From Escherichia phage pEC-N1203-2Af.1, in sequence record OQ540978.1: 64,000 bases of DNA. One strand, given 5' to 3'. Below, piece after piece: positions 31,065 to 40,089 of this stretch; position 1 is the first letter of the stretch; each line of letters opens with the position of its first letter. Both the position numbers and the translations under genes were made by a program. The notes under the pieces were generated by a model. The model saw nothing but the letters and a program-made list of their open reading frames with translations, was not told the DNA's origin and ran no database searches.

Positions 31065-32606
31065 TTAGTAGCTCTGATTCCATCTGCTTACGTTTGCCTC
31101 ATACAAAGAAGCGCTTCCGTAGCTAACATCATGCTTAGAGCGACCACGATGTGTAACAGAGCACGCTGAATAACGCATTGCATCCATTAAGTCATCATGT
31201 TCTTTAATAATCTTACCAACCTTACGGTGATATCTAGCTTTCTCTTCGAATAGCTTAGCGTTAGCGGCTGTGTTAAAGACTTTAAAGCGTCCACTCATCA
31301 TTCTTTCTCGGATATCTGTGATTCCCGGTTCTACAAAGAAGTTCTTTTTACCATCCATTCCAATTTTGTTGTAGAAGGTCTCACTCTGTACGTTAACTCC
31401 TGCATTCTTATAGAATTGAGCAACAGATGAACCACTACCTTTCTCAGTATTGTCCGCATCATGCGGTAGGATGACAGGAATCCACTGACCACGACCATTA
31501 ATAGCTGGAGCATGATACACTGGAGTAAAGCCACCTTCTTTATATGAGTCGTAAACATAGATAGTATCCGTGTTTGCGTCGTAAGCTGTCCAAACAGCAG
31601 CAGTTGGGTGATCAATACCAATATCAATTGCACAGACACGTTTCCACGTATCAGGAATTTCGAATGGTTCACATTTAATTGTGTCATCCGATACATCATA
31701 AATCAAACCACTTCCTAACAATGGCATACCTTTTGAACGCATCTCTAATTGCCACGCTGGAATACCTTCAGTCATATCTTTTATATCTTGGTCAGTGATG
31801 TGTCCACCTAAGTCTGCATGAGCATCCCACCAAGAAGCATTCTGGAAATATAGAGAACCTGTGTTCTCATCTCCTTCACCTTTCATAAATTTATCTACCA
31901 GTTCAGTTAAACCGTTCTCTGGTGTAGCTGTAATTGTAACTAGACCTTTAGTTGTGAGTGTACGTGTGACGCACTGTGCGAATATAGCCATAGACTCGTA
32001 TGGATCTTCTTCGTCTAACCAAATGTAGTCAACTGTTGCACCCATCAATGTGTGTTCACCCTGTTGGGTTGAACGGAATTCTAATGTACTTAAACCGTCA
32101 AACTCTCCTCTCTCATTTTGATGTTTGATTTGTACGATTTGAAGTTTGTTACCATCTCGTTCTATCGTATCAATGACGATAGCATCACGAGGAATGACAC
32201 CTGTCCCTAATAAATTTGTATCCTTTCCGATAGGTGTACCAAACAGTTCCTTTTGCAATACCTTCCTTGTGGAATCCCCTGTAATACCAACTGCCCATGC
32301 TAAGATAGGTCTTTTAAATTTATATCCTGTCCACCAAGTTGGGTAGCGACCTGTGACATGACAAGCAAACTCGTATGCCTCGCTGTAAGATTTACCAACA
32401 CGGTTCGCTGCACACAAGAATCTAAAGCGATGCTTCAATCCTGCTGCATAAAATTTCTTTTGGAAGTCATACGCCTTGAAAGACAAAATCTTATTATACT
32501 TCCTCCATTGGTCACGCTCTTTCAACATATTCAATAGTGCTTTCTTTTCCTCTACACTAAGGTTGTTACCAGTTAGAGCTTCATAAATTTGTTTATCTAA
32601 TGACAT
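31065..32606 (-). CDS. Terminase large subunit
   Basis: ORF 513 aa; N-terminal ATPase (Walker A-like CAANRVGKS, Walker B-like DYIWLDEED) and C-terminal nuclease-like acidic residues (CAIDIGIDH...). Confidence 0.8.
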   Translation of the reverse strand: MSLDKQIYEALTGNNLSVEEKKALLNMLKERDQWRKYNKILSFKAYDFQKKFYAAGLKHRFRFLCAANRVGKSYSEAYEFACHVTGRYPTWWTGYKFKRPILAWAVGITGDSTRKVLQKELFGTPIGKDTNLLGTGVIPRDAIVIDTIERDGNKLQIVQIKHQNERGEFDGLSTLEFRSTQQGEHTLMGATVDYIWLDEEDPYESMAIFAQCVTRTLTTKGLVTITATPENGLTELVDKFMKGEGDENTGSLYFQNASWWDAHADLGGHITDQDIKDMTEGIPAWQLEMRSKGMPLLGSGLIYDVSDDTIKCEPFEIPDTWKRVCAIDIGIDHPTAAVWTAYDANTDTIYVYDSYKEGGFTPVYHAPAINGRGQWIPVILPHDADNTEKGSGSSVAQFYKNAGVNVQSETFYNKIGMDGKKNFFVEPGITDIRERMMSGRFKVFNTAANAKLFEEKARYHRKVGKIIKEHDDLMDAMRYSACSVTHRGRSKHDVSYGSASLYEANVSRWNQSY

Positions 32607-32611
32607 ACTTC

Positions 32612-32646
32612 CTCCAGTTTAAAAATAGAAAAGGGAAAGTCCCTTC
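32612..32646 (-). terminator. Hairpin/terminator upstream of large terminase gene
   Basis: Minus-strand AAGGGA-CUU-UCCCUU followed by UUUUCUAUUUUU. Confidence 0.45.
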
Positions 32647-32723
32647 GTCAAAGAACCTCCCCCTCTCTTATTCGCTGCATATCTGGTTAACTTAAAATCC
32701 AGCATCCATACAGCTTCCTTTAA

Positions 32724-33197
32724 TTAACTCTCGTCCGCTTCCTCCCCCTTTTCAGCGTCCTCAGAGTTGTCTTCTTCTGGAGGCATAACGTCGATACCAA
32801 GTGCTCCAGTCAAGAAGTCCTTGATTTGTGCATTCAATGATTCTTCGTTGATTACATTCTCTTCCTCAATCTTAACTTCAACAGAGGCCGCCTTAGGGTA
32901 TACCAGATCTGCAACTTTTGATGCAGCCTTGAATCTAAGATCAGGTGGAATATTAGGATCTTCGTAAATTTGAATTAACACTTCATCAGGAGACAAATGA
33001 CTTGCAGCAACACGGTCCAACATTAATTGTGTCAGTTTACCTCTACTACCTCTGGGTCGTCCGAATTTATTTCCCTTTTGAAACTTCCCATTGCTTGGGT
33101 TCATACCACGGCTTTCAAGTTCTTCCGTTACTCCGGGTAATCTTCCTGTAATCTCAGCTACCTGTGCAGGTGTGAGTTCTCCGTTTTCTCCAAACAT
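32724..33197 (-). CDS. Putative terminase small subunit
   Basis: ORF 157 aa directly upstream of large terminase; basic GNKFGRPRGSRGK segment, acidic C-terminus. Confidence 0.45.
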   Translation of the reverse strand: MFGENGELTPAQVAEITGRLPGVTEELESRGMNPSNGKFQKGNKFGRPRGSRGKLTQLMLDRVAASHLSPDEVLIQIYEDPNIPPDLRFKAASKVADLVYPKAASVEVKIEEENVINEESLNAQIKDFLTGALGIDVMPPEEDNSEDAEKGEEADES

Positions 33198-33218
33198 TTT
33201 ATACTCCTTCTACATTAT

Positions 33219-33248
33219 CAACAACACAAAAAGCCTCCCAAGGGAGGC
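33219..33248 (-). terminator. Rho-independent terminator
   Basis: Minus-strand GCCUCCC-UUGG-GAGGC followed by UUUUUGUGUUGUUG. Confidence 0.6.
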
Positions 33249-33253
33249 AAACA

Positions 33254-33940
33254 TTACTTACAATCACCAACGGACAGGTTAAACATCTTACCTAAAGCAA
33301 TCGTCTCACCCTCCCACGGAAGTTCTACACCCTTCTCTTCCTCTAAAATAATAGAGCCGTCGACCAAAAATTTTTCGTAGTCTCGCAGTGCGTCGTCTAC
33401 TAACTCACTCTTGTGAATCCACGTAATTGTTTCCGTACCATCCTCTTCGATTCGAACATCACGATGCCATTCATCTTTGGAGGTAATGTAATCATGGAGC
33501 ATTTCATATTCAGCTTCTTCAATCATCTCAATCATTGCACGAGCATAGTCAGGGAGGTGATCATGTTTAGTAGATACATACGGAACAACTTCTAGATTGG
33601 AAGGACACTTACGTTTAACTTCCTTTGCTACAGTGAAATAGTCTTTCACATCTTTAGCTTCTGTACGAGGAATCAAACCTTCCCATATTTCACGGGTTGA
33701 AGGAGCATAACCATACACAGAACCATGAGCCAGTTGTTTTACCATCTCAACTCGGGACTTACCTCCAGTAGTTTCATGAACACGGTTCAGATAGAGAATG
33801 TCCTCTGGTAAAGGACGGAGAGGACCACCATTGAAAACAACCTCGCCTTTACATCCCATGTTCTCATAGATTGCATTCAGTGTATTAGTTCCTGTCATAT
33901 TGTTATTCATCATTCTCTCCTTCAGTGTCAGTGTTATCAC
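33254..33940 (-). CDS. Hypothetical protein
   Basis: ORF 228 aa at head of late operon; no motif. Confidence 0.45.
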   Translation of the reverse strand: MITLTLKERMMNNNMTGTNTLNAIYENMGCKGEVVFNGGPLRPLPEDILYLNRVHETTGGKSRVEMVKQLAHGSVYGYAPSTREIWEGLIPRTEAKDVKDYFTVAKEVKRKCPSNLEVVPYVSTKHDHLPDYARAMIEMIEEAEYEMLHDYITSKDEWHRDVRIEEDGTETITWIHKSELVDDALRDYEKFLVDGSIILEEEKGVELPWEGETIALGKMFNLSVGDCK

Positions 33941-34175
33941 TATAACGATAGTCTTTATAAGTCTCAGCCTTGTAGGTTACAAAGCATCTCATGTACAACC
34001 AGCCCAATGAACTCAGGTCTATTGTAACATCAAAATCTTCATCATCGTCTAGGTCTACTAATCTACCCAAACAAGTTATTACTTCAGTGCCCCCAACTTC
34101 TTCAACTTTAAATGCACATTTTTCAGTGCGGAAGTAAGGAATCAACTCTGATAAAAAGTCTAATACTAAATTCAT
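33903..34175 (-). CDS. Hypothetical protein
   Basis: ORF 33903-34211; preferred start ATG 34175 (MNLVLDFL) with GAGGAG RBS. Confidence 0.4.
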   Translation of the reverse strand: MNLVLDFLSELIPYFRTEKCAFKVEEVGGTEVITCLGRLVDLDDDEDFDVTIDLSSLGWLYMRCFVTYKAETYKDYRYSDNTDTEGENDE

Positions 34176-34198
34176 AATTCTTCTCCTCTGAATAAGAT

Positions 34199-34309
34199 TC
34201 AATCTACCCATTCACCGTTGCCACCTTTTTGGTAGAACCATGCATTGCGGGATACTGAGTACACTATGTCCTTATAAATTAAGGAGTGTAGTTCTTTTAA
34301 AAACTTCAT
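34199..34309 (-). CDS. Small hypothetical protein (36 aa)
   Basis: Untracked ORF MKFLKELHSLIYKD... with an RBS nearly identical to that of 33903-34175 (TTATTCAGAGGA). Confidence 0.25.
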   Translation of the reverse strand: MKFLKELHSLIYKDIVYSVSRNAWFYQKGGNGEWVD

Positions 34310-34332
34310 ATTCTATCCTCTGAATAAAAGTA

Positions 34333-34454
34333 TAAAGGGCTAGGCATATCCAACCCGTAAAGGCCACATCATACTAACAACCCGTGTACGCTGAAGTAAA
34401 GGGCATGTCATAAAGGGGACTTCATAAAGGCCATGTCACGTTAAGGCCTGTCCA
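34333..34454. repeat. Iteron-like array: six copies of 14-bp unit TAAAGGSSAYKTCA, four in tandem
   Basis: Units at 34333, 34358, 34397, 34411, 34425 and 34441; the middle three are contiguous head-to-tail, the last follows a 2-nt insertion. Confidence 0.6.
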
Positions 34455-34740
34455 CCCACGTACTGAATCTCAACTTACCACATTCCTTACACTTCCATGT
34501 TGATAGGTAGAGACCATGTATTCTTTCATCCCCGTAAGCTTTACGAAGAAGGTAGTAATTGTGCTTACACTTCATCCGTCTAAATACTTTAATTAGATCC
34601 ATTAAGTTCTCTCTTAAGCTTATATACATCTGTTTAAAATTCTGATTTGACCGAGTGGGGCTAGGCACTCCGCGGCGAATTGTTAAAAAGGGGGAGTCCT
34701 CATTTAAAAAATGGTTATTGGCAATGCCTTTACACCTTCT

Positions 34741-34820
34741 TCCGTGTTCCAACCTTTCCCCGTGCCTACTCCCCGTTATTCTTTCCCCGTGTATACTACC
34801 CAATACATTTACTACCCGTT
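34741..34820. repeat. Short repeat array YCCCCGTK (about 14-bp spacing)
   Basis: CCCCGT copies at 34758, 34771, 34785 and 34815. Confidence 0.5.
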
Positions 34821-35142
34821 TATTTAGTACCCCTTTAAAGAGTAGGAGAAAGGCTAGTCACTGATAATGATTAGATTAAGGCACTATGAATAGGCTAATA
34901 ATACCCCACAGTTACTACCCACTTCCCCCATAGTTTGATTGTAAATAGTTTCAATGGTAATGATTATGAGTGTAATAATGATGTATGTATTAATTAAGTG
35001 GAAGATAGTAATTAACAGTTATTATTTCTTTTTATTCTTTTCTTTTTCAGCGTGCGTGAGTACGCAGTACGAACGGTTTTTGATGTTTGAGTTATACAAT
35101 TATTTAAGTGGTATATTATTACCGCACTATCTGGCCATGCTT

Positions 35143-35206
35143 CCCCGTGGTCTGTTCTGCGGTTGTGTGTTCCCCGTCCTATATAGTAGAAATAGTTTAC
35201 CCGTGG
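35143..35206. repeat. Second YCCCCGTG repeat cluster (about 28-bp spacing)
   Basis: CCCCGTG at 35143, CCCCGTC at 35172, CCCGTG at 35200. Confidence 0.45.
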
Positions 35207-35273
35207 TTGCTTGTCTTCCTTGTTAAGTAGTAGTAAATTGAAGCCTATTGATTGAGTGATTGGAGTGATAAAA

Positions 35274-35447
35274 ATGATGATTCTAGTAATGATGGCAATG
35301 GCTATAGTGTTTCCTTTACTTGTTCTGATCGTTTGTGAAGTAGTTGAGCCGTTCGCTGATAGCAAGTTAAGCCCGAAAGATAAGCCTAGTAAGTTTAATG
35401 GCGCTACTTTTAGCAGAAAGAAAGTTAGAAAGATGGTTGCAATGTAA
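35274..35447 (+). CDS. Small hydrophobic membrane protein
   Basis: Within tracked ORF 35256-35447; ATG 35274 preceded by GGAG; one predicted TM segment. Confidence 0.3.
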   Translation: MMILVMMAMAIVFPLLVLIVCEVVEPFADSKLSPKDKPSKFNGATFSRKKVRKMVAM

Positions 35448-35502
35448 GAAAGCGTGTCCTATTATATCCCTACCGTCCTGATTTTCTGAATAGCAAGGAT
35501 TT

Positions 35503-35667
35503 ATGATGGGTATTAAATTCCGTGTTATGGTTGACCTTGAAGGATTCGGCGCTCCTGATGAGTTAGCTGGTATCTTCTTATCTATGGATACCGCTATATT
35601 GTGCGCTGATTCCATTCGTGAAATTGAAGGCTTGAACACCTATATTATTGAATCTATCGAGGATTAA
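35503..35667 (+). CDS. Small hypothetical protein (54 aa)
   Basis: Untracked ORF MMGIKFRVMVDLEGFGAPDEL... with AAGGA RBS. Confidence 0.3.
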   Translation: MMGIKFRVMVDLEGFGAPDELAGIFLSMDTAILCADSIREIEGLNTYIIESIED

Positions 35668-35670
35668 ATC

Positions 35671-36162
35671 ATGGCTAAAATAATGCAAGTAGTAAATCTG
35701 GCAAGTTATGCACTAGTCGCCGCGATCGGTGTTAGTGCGCTGGTATCTTCCTTTCCTGATAAGGCTGTTGCTAGTCCTGCTCCTGCAACTGATGCGGCTA
35801 GTGTCTTCGTTAGTTCCATCAATAAAGGTTGGATGATTTGCAACGGTGCTGATAGTGACACCAATCAGATCGTTTTAAAGGTTAAATTCAGTAACGTTTC
35901 CCGTGATGGTCTGGTCGTTAGTACCAAAACACTGGACAATCAGCCTAACAGTGATCTAGTTCTCAAGCGTACTGATAACGATGCGGATATGGTGACTTAT
36001 GGCACTGTACAACGTTACAGCCATGCGAAAGCTGTCACGAATCTGGTCAGTTATGGCCCGGTTAAGGAGTCGATGATCGCCACCACGGTTTACAATAACG
36101 CTGATAACGCTGTTTATACCGTTCACGTTAATCTAGCCAACTGTATTAAGGCTAGTAAGTAA
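35671..36162 (+). CDS. Secreted/periplasmic protein (signal peptide), unknown function
   Basis: ORF 163 aa; N-terminal hydrophobic signal with AxA-like cleavage region; codon usage visibly more GC-rich than phage core genes. Confidence 0.5.
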   Translation: MAKIMQVVNLASYALVAAIGVSALVSSFPDKAVASPAPATDAASVFVSSINKGWMICNGADSDTNQIVLKVKFSNVSRDGLVVSTKTLDNQPNSDLVLKRTDNDADMVTYGTVQRYSHAKAVTNLVSYGPVKESMIATTVYNNADNAVYTVHVNLANCIKASK

Positions 36163-36188
36163 ATAACTTATTTTTGGGAGTGTAAAAA

Positions 36189-36455
36189 ATGACTATCAAA
36201 GAAATTAGATTATCTAATGGCTTTTCTTGTTTTGTTGGCGATCAATCTATCATGTTTAACACGCTTGATGGTCAGCTTACAGTGCCTATTATCACTTTTT
36301 GCAAAATGGACTTTCAACCGGCTAGAAACTGGTTAGCATTTGCTGGCCTTGAAATCACCCGCGATGATTTTCGTTCAATTTATTTTGACGGTGGCTTATC
36401 ACTGGCGAATCTGCTCAATCATGGACTAATTGAGGGTGATACCAATGGGGAATGA
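36189..36455 (+). CDS. Hypothetical protein
   Basis: ORF 88 aa. Confidence 0.4.
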   Translation: MTIKEIRLSNGFSCFVGDQSIMFNTLDGQLTVPIITFCKMDFQPARNWLAFAGLEITRDDFRSIYFDGGLSLANLLNHGLIEGDTNGE

Positions 36456-36583
36456 TTGTTTCTGGCGTTGCTTATTCGTTGTTACAGTGGCGTTATTCGT
36501 CGCTGATATGCTTTATTCTTACATCCTTTGAGGTCCGGTTGTGTTGTTTCTGTTTTTGTTTGCCATTGGCTTCCTTTCTTTAA
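36452..36583 (+). CDS. Small hydrophobic protein (43 aa)
   Basis: Untracked ORF with ATGA overlap with upstream gene; Cys/Phe/Leu-rich. Confidence 0.25.
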   Translation: MIVSGVAYSLLQWRYSSLICFILTSFEVRLCCFCFCLPLASFL

Positions 36584-36643
36584 ACTATTTATTGATTGTT
36601 GCCGCTTTCGATATTCTTAAACTAATTAAAGAGGTTTATTGCT

Positions 36644-37009
36644 ATGTGGTTTATTAAATTCATCGTTAAGATGGTTGTAGGCTTTTTTCTGGTTGTTCTT
36701 CTGTTAGGTGTCCTGCTATCGGCTATGGGTAGCGTTAAGGCTGCAACGTTTTCCCCTGATACGGTTGACGGTTTACAGTGTACCTATCTCGTAGAAAACT
36801 ATGAAACTGGTAAAAAGTCACCTAAAGTTATTATTTTGCATGTAAATGATTTTGATCATGTGCAATCAGATAGTAAAACTATTCTACTGGTAAACGAAAC
36901 TACCGGTAAACAAATCACGGTCAATCACTTGATGCGCTCATCGTTGACGCTCTTTGATGAGTCCATGAATGAAATTGAGTCCGGTAATGGTCAATGTGTA
37001 AATCCATAG
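36644..37009 (+). CDS. Signal-anchored / secreted protein, unknown function
   Basis: ORF 121 aa; N-terminal TM/signal MWFIKFIVKMVVGFFLVVLLLGVLLSAMG. Confidence 0.45.
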   Translation: MWFIKFIVKMVVGFFLVVLLLGVLLSAMGSVKAATFSPDTVDGLQCTYLVENYETGKKSPKVIILHVNDFDHVQSDSKTILLVNETTGKQITVNHLMRSSLTLFDESMNEIESGNGQCVNP

Positions 37010-37085
37010 GCTTAATCTTTCTCCTTTATTGTGCCGTAGTCATGCCTATGGTCATAATCTATCTGATGTTTTAAAGCCTCCTGAA

Positions 37086-37112
37086 AGCCTCGCCATGAGG
37101 CTTTTTTCTTTT
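37086..37112 (+). terminator. Rho-independent terminator
   Basis: AGCCUC-GCCAU-GAGGCU followed by UUUUUUCUUUUC. Confidence 0.6.
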
Positions 37113-37268
37113 CTAAGGTGATTGTATACCTTACTCCCTTTTAGCTCGCTGTAGCGCGTTTTAGGCCGCCTATTGTTGCTTTACAAGCCGTTTTCTATGA
37201 TGTATCACGTGCGCCCGCTCTTTTACCTTCCTATAGTGAAAAAGTTTAAAATAATTTGCTTTGCCCTA

Positions 37269-37296
37269 TTGCACTTCCTGAAAGCTCACGTATACT
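37269..37296 (+). promoter_or_regulatory. Candidate sigma70 promoter (TTGCAC-N16-TATACT)
   Basis: -35/-10 hexamers with 16-bp spacer in the ORF-free region. Confidence 0.35.
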
Positions 37297-37332
37297 GATT
37301 TTCATCGGGTACGATGTAAAACATACGCCGCG

Positions 37333-37411
37333 CGCTCTTTAAAAATCAGGCTAGAAAGTGAAAAATACTTGAAAAAGTATTTGACAACTGGAAAGCCTAA
37401 CCTATAATGAG
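37333..37411 (+). repeat. 79-bp direct repeat, copy 1 (promoter module)
   Basis: Identical to 37552-37630; contains CGCTCTTTAA motif, AAATACTT/AAGTATTT inverted repeat, TTGACA and TATAAT. Confidence 0.8.
37381..37408 (+). promoter_or_regulatory. Strong sigma70-type early promoter (TTGACA-N16-TATAAT) with A/T-rich upstream element
   Basis: Consensus -35 at 37381-37386 and consensus -10 at 37403-37408. Confidence 0.6.
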
Positions 37412-37551
37412 CTTAGAAAGACAAGATGACCGCTCAAGTAACTCCCTAGTGAGTGAAGCAAGTCAGACGCAGGCAGGCGGATACCATTCCCCGGAATAAT
37501 CGCAGGTTATCTGATTATCAAATGGTGTTATGGGAGCCATACAGCTTTAAA

Positions 37552-37630
37552 CGCTCTTTAAAAATCAGGCTAGAAAGTGAAAAATACTTGAAAAAGTATT
37601 TGACAACTGGAAAGCCTAACCTATAATGAG
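37552..37630 (+). repeat. 79-bp direct repeat, copy 2 (promoter module)
   Basis: Identical to 37333-37411. Confidence 0.8.
37600..37627 (+). promoter_or_regulatory. Strong sigma70-type early promoter (TTGACA-N16-TATAAT)
   Basis: Consensus -35 at 37600-37605 and -10 at 37622-37627. Confidence 0.6.
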
Positions 37631-37904
37631 CACAAGTCAGCGATGACGTGAAACATCCCCGCTCTTTAAAAATTTATCATCTTGCCCTTTCGCATAGATT
37701 CACGCGAGATAAGGGAAAAGAATAAAAGAAGATGATAAAAAGAGTTTGACAAGCTAACACGACGTGTTAAGCTGTAAATGTAGTAACCGCTCTTTAACAA
37801 TATGGATCATAAGTTTAAGCCTCATCGCTTGATCTTCAATCAAACAAAGCTGATTGATATATCCTCCCAATAGCGGGAACGATGAAAAAAGATTAAAAAA
37901 GCGG

Positions 37905-37933
37905 TTGACAGCGAAAACATCATGGTCCATAAT
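37905..37933 (+). promoter_or_regulatory. Sigma70-type early promoter (TTGACA-N17-CATAAT) with upstream A-tract
   Basis: -35 at 37905-37910, -10 at 37928-37933, preceded by AAAAAAGATTAAAAAAG. Confidence 0.55.
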
Positions 37934-38735
37934 GAGCGTACTCACTAGGCAAATCACCGCTTAAGTGAAAAGCGAAACAACGGCTTACAGTTGCGTAGCG
38001 TGAGAAAGCACGCTGACAGATTTACCGCTCTTTAATAATTTAAACATTCTCATATATCGGTTGAATATGCTGGAAGATAATAACCATCGGAAAGCATACC
38101 AGATAAAACGGCGTAAGGCTCCCTAAAACATCAGGGTAAACAGTTTTACAATCCCTTAACTGGAAACGTCACCACTGATAAGCGGATTCATTGAGTACAC
38201 GCAACGGTTTAAGCTAATCGCCCACGGTTAAGGGTAGCGGCGGCCATCGCTAACACGGTGCTACAGTGAAAGAAACTAATCAGGGCAGACAAGTCCGACG
38301 AATTAACGCCCAATTGAGGGCGGCGGGGGATGGTTAAAGGGTAGCAAATTGCTATTTAACAATAAGGTTTAGTGTGAACGTTTACGATGCGAACGGCTTG
38401 AGATTCGTCTTATGATGAAAGTACATAGTCGGTTTATGTAGTAAACTTGCCGAAAGATATAAAACGCCGGAATGTTAGGCGGTTAGTGACTTTTTCGCAA
38501 TAGTATCCCATAGTGGGCGATGACTAGCGAAAGAGAGCTGATACAAAAGGATAGGCGGGAGCGAAAGCAAAGTAAACGATATTGCCGATGGTTACAGCAA
38601 TGTAATTAAATTGAATCGGACGCACTGCCTTATTGTGATGATTGATCATCGCTATCAGGTCGGCTTCGTTTATAGCGACTAATTAAAGATACCAGATGAA
38701 ACATCACGGATAAGGGAGCGGCAAGGTTAACTCCT

Positions 38736-38789
38736 GATAAGACCGCTCCGCTTATCAATATTTACTTAACATTGAGTGGATATTGATAA
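38736..38789. promoter_or_regulatory. Nested inverted repeats (GATAAG...CTTATC and CTTATCAATAT...ATATTGATAAG), operator-like
   Basis: 11-bp perfect inverted repeat separated by 18 bp plus an overlapping 6-bp inverted repeat, about 60 bp upstream of gene 38851. Confidence 0.4.
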
Positions 38790-38850
38790 GTCAATAATGG
38801 CTTAAAAGGCTCATAGCGAGCGGGGGCAATAGTGCCCTTACAATTGAAAG

Positions 38851-39759
38851 GTGAATATCATGGCTAAAATTTTCAATCTGGTAAAAGAATCCGGTTTTAA
38901 CGCACTGGCAAACAATATCCGCAGTAATAACGCAGCGATTAAGCAAGATGTTTCTAATTTTCTGTTAGGGCACTTGCAGCACTTCCGCAGCAACGGCAAG
39001 AAGTTAGATGTATTGCAGTCGGCGGTTGATTTTCTGTTAACCGAACGTTTCCGCGATATGGACGTGATCGCCACTGCAATTACTTTCTTAACTCCCATCA
39101 AGTTCAACACCGATGCGGCAAACGGTCGTAAAAAGTGGATTAATCTGGAAGGTGAGGCGAAAGCGAAAGAAGATGCGAAAGAAGCGCAAATTAAGGCCAA
39201 AATGGAACAAAACCGCGCTCGCTGGTCAAATGCTTTCGAAAACTTTGCTTTAGGCCGTGAAATTGAAGTTGATAATCCTAACTTTTACAAAGGTTGCAAT
39301 GACAACGTGGCGGCCCACCTTCAAATCCCGGCGAAAAATAAGGAAGATTTTAACCAAGATATTTACGCTTTGGTTGAACGCTTGAATGCAATCCGTATTG
39401 AAGTCAAATTGTTGGCTGATGAGCGCAATGGCGCTACCAGTGACAACACTATTGCCTTAAGTGAAGACGTGGGGAAAGTTAAAAAGTCCTTTGATTCACT
39501 CATCAAGAAAGTAACGGCCTCAACGGTAGCGATCTCTGACGATTATCTGATGAACGCATCAAGCAAGGAATTAGAATCACTCGATTCATACGCTGATGAA
39601 ATGGAAAAAGTAGTCAGTGAGATGCAGGACAAGCTGAACAACCTGCGCCAACGTATCGAAACTGCCACCACTATTAAGGCCAATGAGAAAGCAGCGGCAG
39701 AAGAGGAAGAAGTATTGCGTAAAGCGGCTGAAATTATGGCGGCACGTCAGGCGGCATAA
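38851..39759 (+). CDS. First early gene, hypothetical protein (302 aa)
   Basis: ORF with GAAAGG RBS; Lys/Glu/Ala-rich helical composition; E. coli-like GC-rich codons. Confidence 0.5.
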   Translation: MNIMAKIFNLVKESGFNALANNIRSNNAAIKQDVSNFLLGHLQHFRSNGKKLDVLQSAVDFLLTERFRDMDVIATAITFLTPIKFNTDAANGRKKWINLEGEAKAKEDAKEAQIKAKMEQNRARWSNAFENFALGREIEVDNPNFYKGCNDNVAAHLQIPAKNKEDFNQDIYALVERLNAIRIEVKLLADERNGATSDNTIALSEDVGKVKKSFDSLIKKVTASTVAISDDYLMNASSKELESLDSYADEMEKVVSEMQDKLNNLRQRIETATTIKANEKAAAEEEEVLRKAAEIMAARQAA

Positions 39760-39861
39760 GTAATACGATTATAATAAACATGAGGCGCTATCTTAACGGG
39801 TAGCGCCTTTTCTTTTATCAGTGCATTGATTCAGTGCATTAATCAAAGAATATAATCAAAG

Positions 39862-40089
39862 GTGACGATCATGTTAATTACGCATACCACGATTTATAGG
39901 AACCTTGTCAACGGTCAACATTACCGACTATCTAAAAAGTATGGCGTTGAGTGTAAATGCGTGCTTACTGGTGAATGGTATCCGTCACCAATGAAAATTG
40001 AAACGTTGGAACGTGAAGCAATCAGCTATATTATCACGCAAGAAACAACGTTAGGCCGTATCTTAAGAAAGCTGGGATTGAGAAAATGA
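39862..40089 (+). CDS. Small hypothetical protein
   Basis: ORF 75 aa; AGGTGA RBS; ATGA overlap with next gene. Confidence 0.4.
   Translation: MTIMLITHTTIYRNLVNGQHYRLSKKYGVECKCVLTGEWYPSPMKIETLEREAISYIITQETTLGRILRKLGLRK

Noticed and set aside
34333-34454. Possibility that the tandem 14-bp repeats are a CRISPR array
   Set aside because: Units are 14 bp, directly abutting with no spacers, and degenerate; no CRISPR repeat-spacer architecture and no cas genes in the window.
34441-35226. ORFs 34441-34803 (-), 34655-34864 (+) and 34954-35226 (+)
   Set aside because: They run across the iteron and CCCCGT repeat arrays and AT-rich sequence, with repetitive translations (GER repeats, poly-hydrophobic); more likely noncoding regulatory DNA. 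A short zinc-ribbon-like C-terminal segment of 34441-34803 is noted but not called.
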